DNA of 55,335 bases from contig JTLS01000009.1 in NCBI GenBank assembly GCA_000826855.1, forward strand, positions 1 through 55,335, read 5' to 3'. The notes beneath the pieces were generated by a model, which saw only the letters and a program-made list of their open reading frames with translations, made no database searches and was not told the origin of the DNA. This document shows positions 13,201 through 24,938 of this stretch, piece by piece. The translations under genes were made by a program, and so were the position numbers. Source of the stretch: Basidioascus undulatus (taxonomy: Eukaryota). Every line of letters begins with the position of its first letter. Position 1 is the first letter of the stretch.

Positions 13201-13365
13201 GGCCGCGGACATGGAGATGGTCGCCCCGGCGCCATACGCTTGGTCTCGGGGGTGCGACGATCCGTGGCGTATTTGCGGGGTTGGTCGGTCAGAGAGTTCG
13301 TAAAGATCGTCGGCGTCGGTGGACGCGTCAAGATGCTCCTGGGCGTTGAGCTCAGGATGCGCCAT
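10227..13365 (-). CDS. Uncharacterised protein with a Pol-beta-superfamily nucleotidyltransferase-like domain, multi-exon
   Basis: GILRGLDWSNVCVAGGIVLGTL..NSDIDLYLYGL..YPTRRVQVVLK..EVLLNFDLDCCAVAWDG..YNVFTMDL..RRASQEQ|RVFKYADK|GFGIRFLPSY..EPGGRSCLTSFDLLMRHVGMWE. The exon junctions checked join in frame through GT-AG introns. The start (MAHPELNA, 13365) is tentative. It ends RLSLANYIERS*. Confidence 0.75.
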
Positions 13366-13982
13366 CGAGCAGGAAGATTGAGAGTGATGGTGGTGGTGAA
13401 AGAGTAAGACGCGAAGGAGGCTACTCATTTGTGGGCTCACAGCGGTCGGTGCACAGCATGTGGCGGTGATACATCTGTAACGCCGTGACAGGGCACAGGA
13501 GACCTGGTGTCTCCCGTCGGAGGTGTGCGCCGGCAGATGACTGGTCTCTACGTTTGACGTTGTGCAGTCGCATTTCACCACAAACGACAGAACTTCTAGC
13601 ACATTCAGAATCATCCAAACCACAGTAGTTTAGTGATTGATGCCGGCGGAGCCTCCCCTGCAGCAGCAGATTAACGGTGCGAGAACAAACCGTGTAGTGT
13701 CGATCCGCGATGGCACGTCTGTCTGCCTTGTGGATCTGACCTTCGACCGTGATAGCGATTCTTCTTCTATCGCAAAGCCCCGAATACGTATTCTAGCTAC
13801 AATCAATCCTGGCTTCCCGCATGGGCGGTCCAGCCGAGTGCCATGTGTGCGCGTCAGTCTCAGTGCCAGACTGAGAACCACAAATTGGAGCAGCAAAGAG
13901 TCCGCGAGTGATAATCAAAGAATGTATAGTCCAGGCATCTACGGCCTCGCAGACAACAGAAGACTGCAGGCAGCGCCGGCCC

Positions 13983-16656
13983 TCACCGCTGCTGGGGCAG
14001 GAAGAACGAGTCGATCTTTGCTTCCAGCTCTTCGGGCGTATAGCGCATATCTGAAGAACACCAAACATAACTGTCAACACGCGCACTACCCGAGTCTTGC
14101 GGTGATATGGGCGGAGAAAGGGTACGCACACTTTTGCGGATCTGCACAGCCGTTGCACCAATAGGAGATCAGCCATGAACGAACGTTCGGGGAGGTGGGA
14201 TAAAGCAGCAATGACGCACTCTTCGAAAACTCGCCACCGCGGTTCTTTCCCCACAAGGTCGCATAAGCCGGCAGGAGCATAGCCTTCGCCTCCTTGGCGA
14301 GCCTATCCCTCAGCTGGTCATCCACGTCCCTCGAAACGACGCCCCCTCCGCCTCCAACGCGGTGCGTGCGCTCGAGCGCGTCGACCTCATCGTTCAAGCG
14401 CGCAAACTTCTCCTTGACGGGCGCCTGCGGCGCGGTGAGGGCCATGAGCGCCGGGCGCCAGACAGCGTCGAGGTAGGCCTGGCGGGCGGAGCGCAGCGCG
14501 CGGTTCAGGTCGTCCTCTGCTGGCGCGCCGAGCAGGTCCGAGATGTCTTGTGGCGGGGGATCGGTTGGATGGGGGGTGAGCGAGACGGAGGAGGGCGCGG
14601 TGGGGGACTCGATGAGCTGCCGGCGGAGGTAGGAGAGGGAGGAGAGGAGGGAGATGGTCGATTGTGGGGTGGGGCGGTTGAGGGCCGCGAGGAGAGTGGA
14701 CAAGAGCGCCGAGAGCACGTCGCCTGCGAGAGCGGGGGAGTTAGGTGAGCGGAGAAGTGGGGAAGAGCGGACAAAGCGGGGTCACGAACGGAGGTAACGC
14801 TCGAAGATGACTTGGCCGTCGAGTCCGGCCTCGCGCCCTCCAGTATGGGGCAAGACCTTTTGGCCCATGTGCCAGTTGCCGTCGCCGAGCGTCTCAAGCA
14901 ATGGCTCGACCGTCGACGCGTACTGAGGCAGCTCGCGGAGGTAGTTGACCGTCTGCGTCGAATCAAGCAAATGAGGATGCGCCACACAGCTGCGGGGACG
15001 GTGAAGGGGAGACCAAGCGCACATCGTACGTCAACTCCGACACGCCAGCCGTCTTCATGTCCGGTCGAGCTCCTCGGGCCTGCCAGCGAAAAAAAAAGCG
15101 GTATGAGGTAGAGCCTGGTTAGCCAAAGTCCCCACTTTCGCCACATCGAACAACGCACCTTGATCTCCTCAATAACCTCCGGGAAGCTCCTGAGCCCAAC
15201 GCCCCTTAGCTTCTCCCCCAGCGCAGCGACCTCGTTCTCCCTCGCGCCATCAACCGCGCCAGCCCTGCGCTTCCCAACGCTCTCGCCCCAGTCGCGCGCG
15301 CGCGCCCGCGCAGCGTCGTACACGTCCAGCGCGACAAACACATGCCGGAGCGTGTTCTGCCTGACGAGCGCGAGGAGCGCGTGCTGGAGGTTCTGGATCG
15401 CGCTCGCCAGCGGCGCGGAGACGATCGCGCTGAAGACGTCCTGCGGGATCGGGCCGGCGGAAGAGGAAGGGGAAGAAGGAAAGAGCGCTTCCGCGAGCTC
15501 CCACTCCACGGACGCCATCTCGCGTGCGGCGTCGATGAGCTCGCCTGCGCGGTGCGAGCCGCGCGTGTAGGGCATTGCGCCGAGGGGCCCAGCAGCGGAA
15601 GGCGAGCCGAGGGAGGATTCGGCTGCGCGGGCGAGCGAGGCGAGCGAGGCGGAGACGTAGGACGCGCGGTGGGACGTGTAGAGCTGGCTGGGGGGCGTGT
15701 ACGACTTGGAAGGGAGGGGCGCTATAAGCGGCTGGAGCGCGGTGAGGAGCGCGGAAAGCCGGTTCATCGGCGTGGGCGGGATCGGGGGGAAGGCCATGCC
15801 TGTACGACGGCCGACGTGAGTAGGTGGAAAGCGGGAAGCGAAGTGCACCATGCACTTACCCGTCGTGGAGTAGTCCTCCGCATCGACAGGGATGCTCTCG
15901 TCCCTGACCCACTCCTCGAAGATGACGAGCAAGTTCCGCACGCCGACCTCGAGCATGTGCGTCTGTCCCGTCCCCACACTCAGTAAGCGCCTTCACACCT
16001 CTCCCCTGAGCCAATCTGCGGGTTGCGCACCATATCGCGCACTGCGTCACGGGATGAGCGCAGGTCCGACTTCTGGAGGTACGCGAGCTGCTGCGCGAGG
16101 CGCTGGAGCGTCTTGATGTACGGTCGGAGGTCCGAGCGGTCTGGCCTATTCCGCCACGCTATTCTCAGCTGGAAATTGAATCTTGGGAGCGGGAGAGCGC
16201 GTACCCAGCCATGACAATCCGCTCGTCCTCGGTCGACACGTCCTGGTGCTGGCGCACCGTGTCCATGGCCTTCAGCGTCGCGTCGATGTCTTCCCACCCC
16301 ATCCCAGATCATCAGCATTCCCTGTCCGCTCGCTCGCATGCCTCACCGCAATCCTCATTCAACACGCACTAGACTGCAGCCTCGTCAAGCCCTGCGTGGA
16401 CTTGTGAATCGGAAGGATGGAGGACTCGAGCCTGACCAAACGCGAGTCAAACTGGTTCAGGATCCCTGTTCCCCCATGAGGGATCCTTCCCATTCAGATG
16501 CTCTCCGGGTATGAGGATGCGGGAGCGGAGGGGCACAGACACACCCGTCATGCGGTTCGTGAGGTTCTGGACCTTGGCCAGGTTCTGCTGGAGCAGCTCG
16601 ACCTCCGCCAGCGCGTCCGCGTCCGCCGCGGCGGCGCTCGTGGCGGTGGGGGACAT
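13983..16656 (-). CDS. EXO70: Exocyst complex component Exo70
   Basis: N-terminus DALAEVELLQQNLAKVQNLTNRMT; LESSILPIHKSTQGL; RSFPEVIEEIK; AYLDAVWRP; VKEKFARLNDEVDALERTH..DDQLRDRL..LLPAY; C-terminus FSK|NPQK|YMRYTPEELEAKIDSFF. Confidence 0.93.
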
Positions 16657-17212
16657 CTGGTGTGGTGTGAGAGAGGTGTGCGTCAACTGGGCGGGCTCGT
16701 GTCCTGCCAGAGGAGGGGCAGAGCACGAGAGATGGACGGACCATGGCGGTCGAAGCGTGAGTGGGGAACAGCCGGAGACGGCGGGAAGTTGCCGATTTTG
16801 CAGATCTGTGATAGTAACGTCTATGATGCTCGAGGTTTATGCGGGTGCTCGATGTAGCTCAGTAGGGTGAACATGGTCAGCACAAGAGCTGGATAACGAC
16901 GCTCAACGCGTTGAGCTCGTTGCCAGGGGCTTCCGGGGTCGGTCCGGGGATTCTACCGACATTCACGTGTCGCTCGCGCTTGGATGGAACATTGGAAAGG
17001 CATCTGAAGAATCGACCAGGAAGGGGACCAAATGGGTATTGAACGCAATGTGATCGTCCAGCGCTCGAAAATGTTCACAGCGGCAGCAGCAGAGCCAGCA
17101 GAAGCCCACGCAAAGCAGACAAGATGCAATGATGATCCTCTCCCGCTCATGCGTTCCCATACCTCGACCGCTCAACACTTCGCCCCTCCGTCCCATCCCA
17201 CGCCCCGCATCC

Positions 17213-18253
17213 TCATGCCCCCAGCCCAAAGTACCACCGCAGCGTTGCCCTCGCGACGTTGAGGCCGAGCAGGCTGAGGACGTAGCCGCCTATGGCGAGG
17301 AGGCCGGGGAGGAGGAGAACCTCTGAGCGGATGAGGAAGGGGAGGGCATTGAAGCCGAGGAAGGTGATGTAGATGTATTGGAGGATCTGGGGGTGGGGGG
17401 CGGTAGACGTGGACGGTGGAGCACGTTAGGGGCAGCAGGAAGCCGAGAGGGAGGGAGAGCGCACAGCAATGAGGTAAAGCGTGTTGCCGAGGAAGAGGCA
17501 CACCCATTCGGGCCGGGTGAGAAGGGGCGAGAGGAAAAGCTGAGCGAGGTCTGTTGCGCGCCGAGGGAGGAAGGGAGGGGGTCAACCGAGGTGTCCTTCC
17601 CGGGGGACTCAGCAGAGGTCCGAAGAAGAGGACTTACACAAGAGGAGCAAGAACGGGAAGAATCCATTCGCGTGCACGTCAAACGCGTACGCCCACTCGA
17701 CGCGACTGGACGCGCCGGCGGACGAGTGCGAGTGGGGCGAGTGGACGAGCAGCGCGTTCGCGAGCGCCCAGAGCGCGGTGGAGATGACGAGGCCGACGGC
17801 GAGGAAGTCGAGGAGGACCATGCGAAGCGCGAGGAGGAGCGTGCCGGACCAGCCGAGGCTGTAGCGGATCCCCCAGAGCGCCGCGCAGACGCACAGCGCG
17901 AGGCTCATCAGCACCGGCACGGCCAGGTCGTCTCGCGCCCAGCGGTTTTTGGTTTCTGCCGAGAAGCGGGGGTTTGAGGACGGGGCAGGGGGAAGGGAAG
18001 TAAGGAGAGCCACCAACGCACGTTTGTGATAGTACACGTTCCGGTACACCCTCCTCGGCGCAACACACAGGTACGTGAGCTGCCAAGCCGCGAGCTCGAA
18101 GTCCATGCGCCGGAACAGCGCGCGCCAGGACGGCGGACGGAGGGCCCTCCGGCCGCCAAATGGTCGTGATGACGCGCCCGATGATGATGATGATGAAGTG
18201 GGGAGCGTTCCGGACTGGGAGGAGGAGGCAAGGGAGACTGGGAGGATGGCCAT
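17213..18253 (-). CDS. GMH1: UNC-50 family Golgi membrane protein
   Basis: RRMDFELAAWQLTYLCVAPRRVYRNVYYHK|TKNRWARDD; VEWAYAFDVHANGFFP; LFLGNTLY; YIYITFLGFNALPF. It ends WYFGLGA*. Confidence 0.93.
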
Positions 18254-18571
18254 GTCGTTCAGCGAAGGCTGGCGGAGACGCAGACGCCGGGAGAGGCGCA
18301 GCGACGGCAGCGGCGGGATCGAGGACGGGTCGATGCTGGGCAGTTGAAAGCAACACCGCGCACTGGAGTAGCTCCAGAATTAGCGGAGATCGTGTTACAG
18401 GGTGTGCAGCAACAGGTGCCAGCTAGTTGTGCGAGCCGAGAGCGCACTGAGGTCAAGCATATCGGTCCTTGATGTCCATAAACGCCGATTGTGGCCTGAC
18501 TTGAGCCTCCGCAAGTGTTTCTTACCCACTACCGGAAATGTAGGAGCTTACACCCGTTCCTTCTTGTACAG

Positions 18572-19136
18572 GTCCAATCCTGCTCTCCTAGGCACGCCGG
18601 CAGCAAACGTGCAGCTCCTCGCGCTCGCACACCAGCACGGTCCAGGGTTTGACCCCTCACGTCCGCACCGCCATCTTACACCCGCCAACTGGGTCCTCCT
18701 CCGGTGGGAGGCCGCTGCGTCTTACCTGGACAGGGCGCTTCTTTCACTCGGCCTGCACACTGAAGCTCGCACATCACTTATCACGTCCGTTTTGACCCTT
18801 CGTTTCCTCTTTTCATTTTAGCGACAAGCTGACAATCTGTTGCATTTAGCTACTGGATTCCCGTCCGCTTGAAGTACAAGCATATCGCCATGACTTTTCT
18901 CCCTCAAGCTGCCTATTTTCATCTGCCAAGCTCGACATCTGGCCCGCACCGGACGTTCTTATCCGCGTTTTCATGCTCTTCGAGGCCTCGGCACCGACAT
19001 GCTGGGTAACTGGGGGGAAGCGAAGGGCGACGACGTCGACTGGGTGGAGAGGGTCGGGGTGAAAGAGGCTATAGAGGCGTTTAGCGACGAGGCCAAGTAA
19101 AGGGTCCTCGAGTGCGGTTGGATGGAGGTTAAGTAA
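18572..19136 (+). pseudogene. C-terminal half of the ubiquitin-fusion (KPVIY...EWGG family) gene, degenerate
   Basis: An acceptor CTTAC..TACAG ends at 18571. It reads SNPALL..GFDPSRP..YLDRALLSLGLHTEARTSLIT|YWIP..HIAMTFLPQAAY/SAKLDIWPAPDVLIRVFMLF/GL..WVERVGV..AK*RVLECGWMEVK*, with two frameshifts and TAA at 19098-19100. Confidence 0.8.
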
Positions 19137-19480
19137 GGGCTTTGTATCGATGATTTGAATTGTGTGTGTTACAGCCTCATACAGTGCATAAATGCACAAC
19201 GCTCCTTGCAGAGAGCTCCTGCAACATCAATATGTCGCCGTGAGGCTGAAGTTGTGTGTGCCATACGCCCACGGCTACGTACAACAATCCTGCCATACGA
19301 GATCAAGCGGAAACGGCCGGCCAGATCTTATTGCTCTTTCAGGAATGGAATATCTTTTATTTTCTTGAAAACTATACGCGGCTAAAAATTTGTATGCCTT
19401 GAGATTGACGAGCTGCGTGCTGGACGCTGCAGAGCGACGTTGAAAGGTGAGGGTATCGCCACCGCCCATCATCACGCCCG

Positions 19481-20600
19481 CTCGCCATCCAACAAGCTCT
19501 CGATATCCCGCTTATTCTCGACCTCATCCTTACTTCCATTCTCACAAAGACCGGTTTTCGTGCTCTCTCACCTGCCGCACTTGGCTGGAGCCCGCAATCG
19601 CTTGTGGGCTTCCGCCCGCTTCGATCGGCTCCTTGCTCTATTGCCGGACAGCATCGGCGACAGAGTGATTTCTATGGTGGGTACGCCCTGGCTTTGTGTG
19701 CGTCTTTCCTTCCCTGGCTTGGTCGATGTACTTGATGAGTCTTATCGATACGAGAGATGAGCAGCGGTTGACGCGAGCGCCCGCCTCGGACGAGTGGGGT
19801 GCCTTCCTCTCAAAAGCGATGCTCGTCCACTCACTGAGTGTCGACGAACGAGACGATCAGCCTCTCGCGCGAGACATCGACTACGATGTGGACGATGAGA
19901 GTTTCACGAGTGCCGGGCCCTCGTCTCGGCCTATCGCACGGAGGCCCCGTCTTCAATCTTCCCGCGCCTGCGCCTCAGCCTTACAGTCAGCAATTCAAGG
20001 TCGCGCGCTACGGTGTACAACTTTTTCTCCCTCCTCGCCCTTCCCGTGCTTTACCAATTGGAGCTTAACGTCGTTTGCGCGCGCGCGACCGATTGCGTGA
20101 CCCTCTTCCGTTCGACTCGCAGACATGAGATTGGTGCTGCCGATTATCCCGATCGACAAGATCGCTCAATGTGTGGGGGACCTTGTCGAGCGCCTCCGAG
20201 AGTCGCTCACCTCGATCGACATCGAAATCAACGGCGGCGACCGCTACTTGGTTCAGACTACCCTCGCTCTCTTCGGGTCTTGCGCCAGTCTACCAAACCT
20301 GAGCTCTCTACACACAAATTTTTACCTCCCCCAGGTCGCCGATGGCCCGACCGTCCTTGGTCTTCCGCCTCTGTTACCGCAGCTCGACGCACCCTATGTT
20401 CTTCGCACGACTTTCACAATCTCGCCGAACTTCAGCTCGTTTTTGACTCTGCGCCATCCATTCTCGCCGGATGCCTCCGCTCTCGTTGCTCACACTTCGT
20501 ACTCGCATTTACATAGTCGAAGGTGCACTCTGTCTTGACACGCAGCTTGTCGCTCCCATGCCCGTTCGATACAATCCCTTATACCCTGCCTAGGCACTGT
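19481..20600 (+). pseudogene. Degenerate F-box protein (basidiomycete F-box/LRR-like)
   Basis: LAIQQALDIPLILDLIL/FHSHKDRFSCSLTCRTWLEPAI/RLWASARFDRLLALLP is F-box-like but needs two frameshifts. It continues LTRAPASDEWGAFLSKAMLVHSL and Leu-rich segments in shifting frames. The 3' limit is approximate. Confidence 0.55.
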
Positions 20601-21138
20601 GAAACGGAATTGGTGCCTGAGCCCGAGACCGTTCACACAGTGTGTTCAATTTCATCAGAGACGAGGGTACCGTGAGTGGCCACTTCTGCCCTCTTTCGTC
20701 CGACAAACGTGTCTCGATGAGCTGCTCCCAAGAGGAGAAATCGGCATTGATTGTTAGTTTCTATCACAACCAATGCGCATCGCCTACAGTTTCGTGCAAT
20801 TGACATGCTGCAACGAGCGCGACACTGGGCGCAAGTGCGCAAGTTCGCTAGTCGCTGTGACCTCGCTGGTGCAATCTTCCAATCACTGTTGCCTTACCTT
20901 CGACTCGAGCATGCAACTTGATAGGGAGGAGAAAATCAGGCAAAGCGTCAGGACCAAGAAGTGGCGGTTTTGCACGCGTATGGTTTCAGGAAAGTGAACA
21001 ACAGGCTTCAATGAAGACACATCCCGAATCCAATGACCCGAAAGTGCCCAAAGAATAAAAGATGAATGAGGCATTGAACCGAAAGAAAAGTACGAGTCCC
21101 GAAAAGGATAAACAGGTCTGTGCTGAAACAACGAAAAT

Positions 21139-22850
21139 CTACAGTGCTTCAAGGGTTAGCCGTGAAGCAGTAGGGCTCGCCCACCGGCTGGGAGTAATGG
21201 GGCTGTGGCTGCGCATGCGTGTGGGGCGGCGCCTCAACGGACCGGGGCGCTGCTGCTGCGGCGGTCGTCGTTCCGAGTGCGGGCGGCGTGGTGGACCCGA
21301 AGATTTCGCCGTGCTGGAGCCAGTCATCGGAGTGCTGCGAGATTGGGTAGGAATTGGGGGTCTGGACACGGTGGGTCGTAAGTATGAGAGGACAGGAGAA
21401 GAGGTGGAGGAACGCACTTCGACGGAGGGGCTCGCGATGAAGACGTTGTCGAGTGAGAGGGGCGGGGAGGCAGAGAAGAGCGGCGGTTGGGTGAGTGCAT
21501 GCCTTATGACCTGCTCCATCTCGGCCGCGTGCAGCGCCGCGTCCTCGTATCCGTGCGTATAGTGCTTCAGGCTCTCGATATACAGCTGTGTCGGCGAAGG
21601 ACTCGTGCACTACCCCACGCCTCACGACCGTCAGTTTCGTTCTCTCTTTTACTTCCCGGGCTCTGCACGCTTGTGTAGTATCCCATCCTCCACCTTGTCC
21701 CCCGGCTTCAACAAGCGAAGCTGAAGAAGAACGCACTAGCCAGTAGCACCTCCAACAAAAGACACCTGCTCGCGCCCTCCCAGCTCGGCGCCTTCCCGGC
21801 ACCGGCGGTACGCGCGAGGTTGACATCCGCGCGCGAGGCGAGCGAGAGCGCCTCGCGCCGGAGTGCAGCGCCGCGAGCTGCGGCCGGTCGGCGAAGGTCT
21901 TGGTTGCTTTGCGGTATGAGGAGGGGGCTCTTGAGTGTGAAAGGTGGAGAAGGGGGGAAAGGGGACGTACCGGCTTTGACCAGCGAAGCTTCGGAGAACT
22001 TGATCCCTTATCTGGATTGGGTAAAGTGCGGATTCAGCAAGAGGGAGTGAAGGCGAAGAAACGGAAAAGGAGGAGGAGGAAGAAGAGAAGACGCACGCCA
22101 GCACGAGCGCAACGTCCATGTCGTCCGGCGGTCCGTCCTCCGGGCTCGTAGAAGCGGGAGGTGAATTTGGGGCGCTGTTTAGGTGGGCGGTGGGTGTCAG
22201 TTTGGGAATTTGGAAAGTGGGCGAGAGAGGGGCGAGCGGAGATCGGAAACGGACTCGATCAGAGGACAGCGGACTTGCACGAGCTGGAAATAGCATTCTC
22301 TGGGTGAAGGAGAAGACCAACACAGGAAACAGATGGGGGCGTACACAAAGTCGGTCGCCAAACTGTGTGCAGGCGAGTGAGCCAGCGTCCGATGATATGG
22401 AGACAGAAAAACCCACTCAGCCTCAGCGTCCTCGCTACATGCCGAACCACATCATTAACGACGCTCTTGGCACCATCCGGCCCAAACAGCCACACCAGGA
22501 GTGCCGTCAAGTGGTCGCTGCCCGCCGTCCCCCTTCCCCTTTCCGCTTCCGGTTCAGGGGAAGATGCGCGGCGTGGACGCTTGTTTGTTGTTGCTGGGGC
22601 AGCAGCGGCGGAGGGGGTGGTGCCGGAGGGGTTTTGGGGGAGCGGAGGCCATTGGCACGCTTGGGAGAGCGCGAGCGAGACGTAGGCGGTCGTGCAGGGG
22701 AGGGATTTGGAGAGGCAGGACTTGCACTGCGCGAAGGAGTGGGTTTGAGATGAGGTGGAAAGAGGACGGAGGAGGATAAGGCAGGTACTGTGTCGGAGCC
22801 TGGTTCGCGTACGCAGCGGATCTTGCGGGAGCGGCAGGGGTCGGCGTCGG
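21139..22850 (-). pseudogene. Degenerate Zn(II)2Cys6 transcription factor with fungal-specific TF domain
   Basis: DPCRSRKIRCVREPGSDT|QCKSCLSKSLPC supplies 5 of 6 cluster cysteines. Downstream: LATDFV|ECYFQLVQVRCPLID and GPPDDMDVALVLA|*GIKFSEASLVKA, with TAA (22008-22010) where the family has AWGxKFS. Frame inconsistencies follow. Boundaries are approximate. Confidence 0.65.
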
Positions 22851-24938
22851 TGCCAAGCGTTAGGCACGTCCGGCGCTCGATCATTGGTATTTTTGAACTC
22901 CAATTTCCCGCTTCGACGCAGTTATGGTTCGAAGATAGGATTCGCTGGGCGACTGCTTGTTGAAGGAAGGCGGGTTGCTTCGAAGATTGATATCGGATGC
23001 TGATGATGTGAGGATGCAGGATTAGAATGGGCATTTCGCACCGGCTTTCGCGATTAATTGTTCGCGCAAAGTTGCGTTGCTCGAGGATGCGAATTTCAAG
23101 TTTTGCAAGTGGTGTTGCCCAACAGCAGACAGCCCGGTGGTCCTGCTGCATGGCTGTATGTAGTCGCGACGTCTGTCGGCGAGCGTGGAGGTCATAGTGA
23201 CCGTCCTTTCCTCCACTCTCTAGGTTATCCTTCAGCCCTCCAAAACTCCTGTCAGCCTGCTGCAGACTGGAGGATAAGAAGAAGAAAATATATGGAGACG
23301 TGGGACTGCACTGCTTGCAGTACCTTGCAGTACCGGTAGTCGGAGAGTACAGGCCCACCTCCAGGGACCTGCGGCGACTCGCTGTACATGCCTTTCTTAT
23401 TGACAACAGTTTGCGGCATGTTAAACCCAACTCAAGCCCTCTGGGCATATACAATTTTTTTTAGTTCGCGGACAGAATTGATACGATGTGAGTGGGCTAC
23501 AAACGCCTTCCTTCGAGGGCAACAAGCTGTTGTGGGGGCTGCCGAGCGAACTGTCACAATCTGTGAAACTGCTGGAAGTTGAGACGGTCACTTTGAGGAA
23601 ATACATCCCTTAAATTACTCCAATAAACAGTCAAGAAGTTACCAGAGCCTATATAGTACAGAGGTACCATGTCTTCGTCCTCCCTTCCTCCTGGGCCTCT
23701 CCAATCTCGCGCACTCGTGCTCCTCGGCACTTCCACTGTCCATTACACTCAGCATATGTCCGTCATCCAGGCACACTACCCCCCTAGGGTGCCGGGAGAG
23801 ACGTGCACATGCATGCGTTTGACACCGAGGCTCGCGCTGGACCGCCGGTCGGGGTCGTGAAGTGTATGCCGTTGTGTTGGTTGTGTGCTTATCTTAACTT
23901 GCCTTTAGAATTGGAGGAACAGAAACAGTGCCAAGCAAATTCGGTAAGGGGAGTGCAGGTGGACTTCAGAGACTTGAGGCACAGCGTTTGCGGGGGCATT
24001 GCAGCGAAGGAGGGCGCCCCGGAAGACTTCGACCTCATCAGACTCGAGCACCTGAAGAAATTCACGTCGCTTTATAGCTGAAAGCAAACTGGGAACTGGA
24101 GATGACTGTGCTGCTGTAACGAGCGAAAGAGGCGTGCGCACAGAGGCAGTTTCAAAGGCCGTATGCACGATGCTCTAGACCTGAGCTAGTACAGCAACAA
24201 TTCAGAATTAGGAATGTTACAAAAGCGGCGAGCCAATACTTCCAAATAACTTAAGTGAAAAATAAATGGTTGTTGCGGGGGACTGTCAGCTGTCTCACGG
24301 ATCCACTTGCAGGCACGCAGCGTCTTGTTGGCACTTGCCTTTGTGGCACCATCTCCAACGTTTTCTCGCAAACGATCTCACAAAATATCCACACACCAGA
24401 CCTTCGCGGTGGAGGTGATTTCTCCCACAATGTTGCCCTTCGAGGATCGTTTTGGCGATTCAGCAACCTGCTTTGAACTCCCTTCGACAGGTACAGCCTC
24501 GACCGTAACCCCCTTCGTATCGCGTCGCCCAGCTCCCGGATGCATCGCAACGCTCACAGCGTCACCACACCGATATCACTCTAGCCGTCCAGTCATTGCG
24601 CTCTTATCGGCTGGACGCGATAGAGATCTAGAGACCGAGAAAAGAGTGAGTGGAAATGGTCTTGTTCGAGTAATCACGCTTTCCTTCTGGTTACCGGGGC
24701 TGTCCAGAGCGATCGGGCGAGCGAGTGAGCGAGCGCATCCCTGTGGGTGGGTGGTGTAGACGTTTTTGAGTACAGAACGCCTTTTTAAAATGCTGAAATT
24801 CTCGTGTACCGCCGTGTGGAGCGTTCCGTCCGAGCGAAGTGCCCGCGATCCCGCCTGAGCCGCTCCCACCCACTGACAGTCCTTTGCCCCAGCGCCCACC
24901 TGTCCCTTCCCTCCCCTCTGCTTTTCCCAGAGAACACC

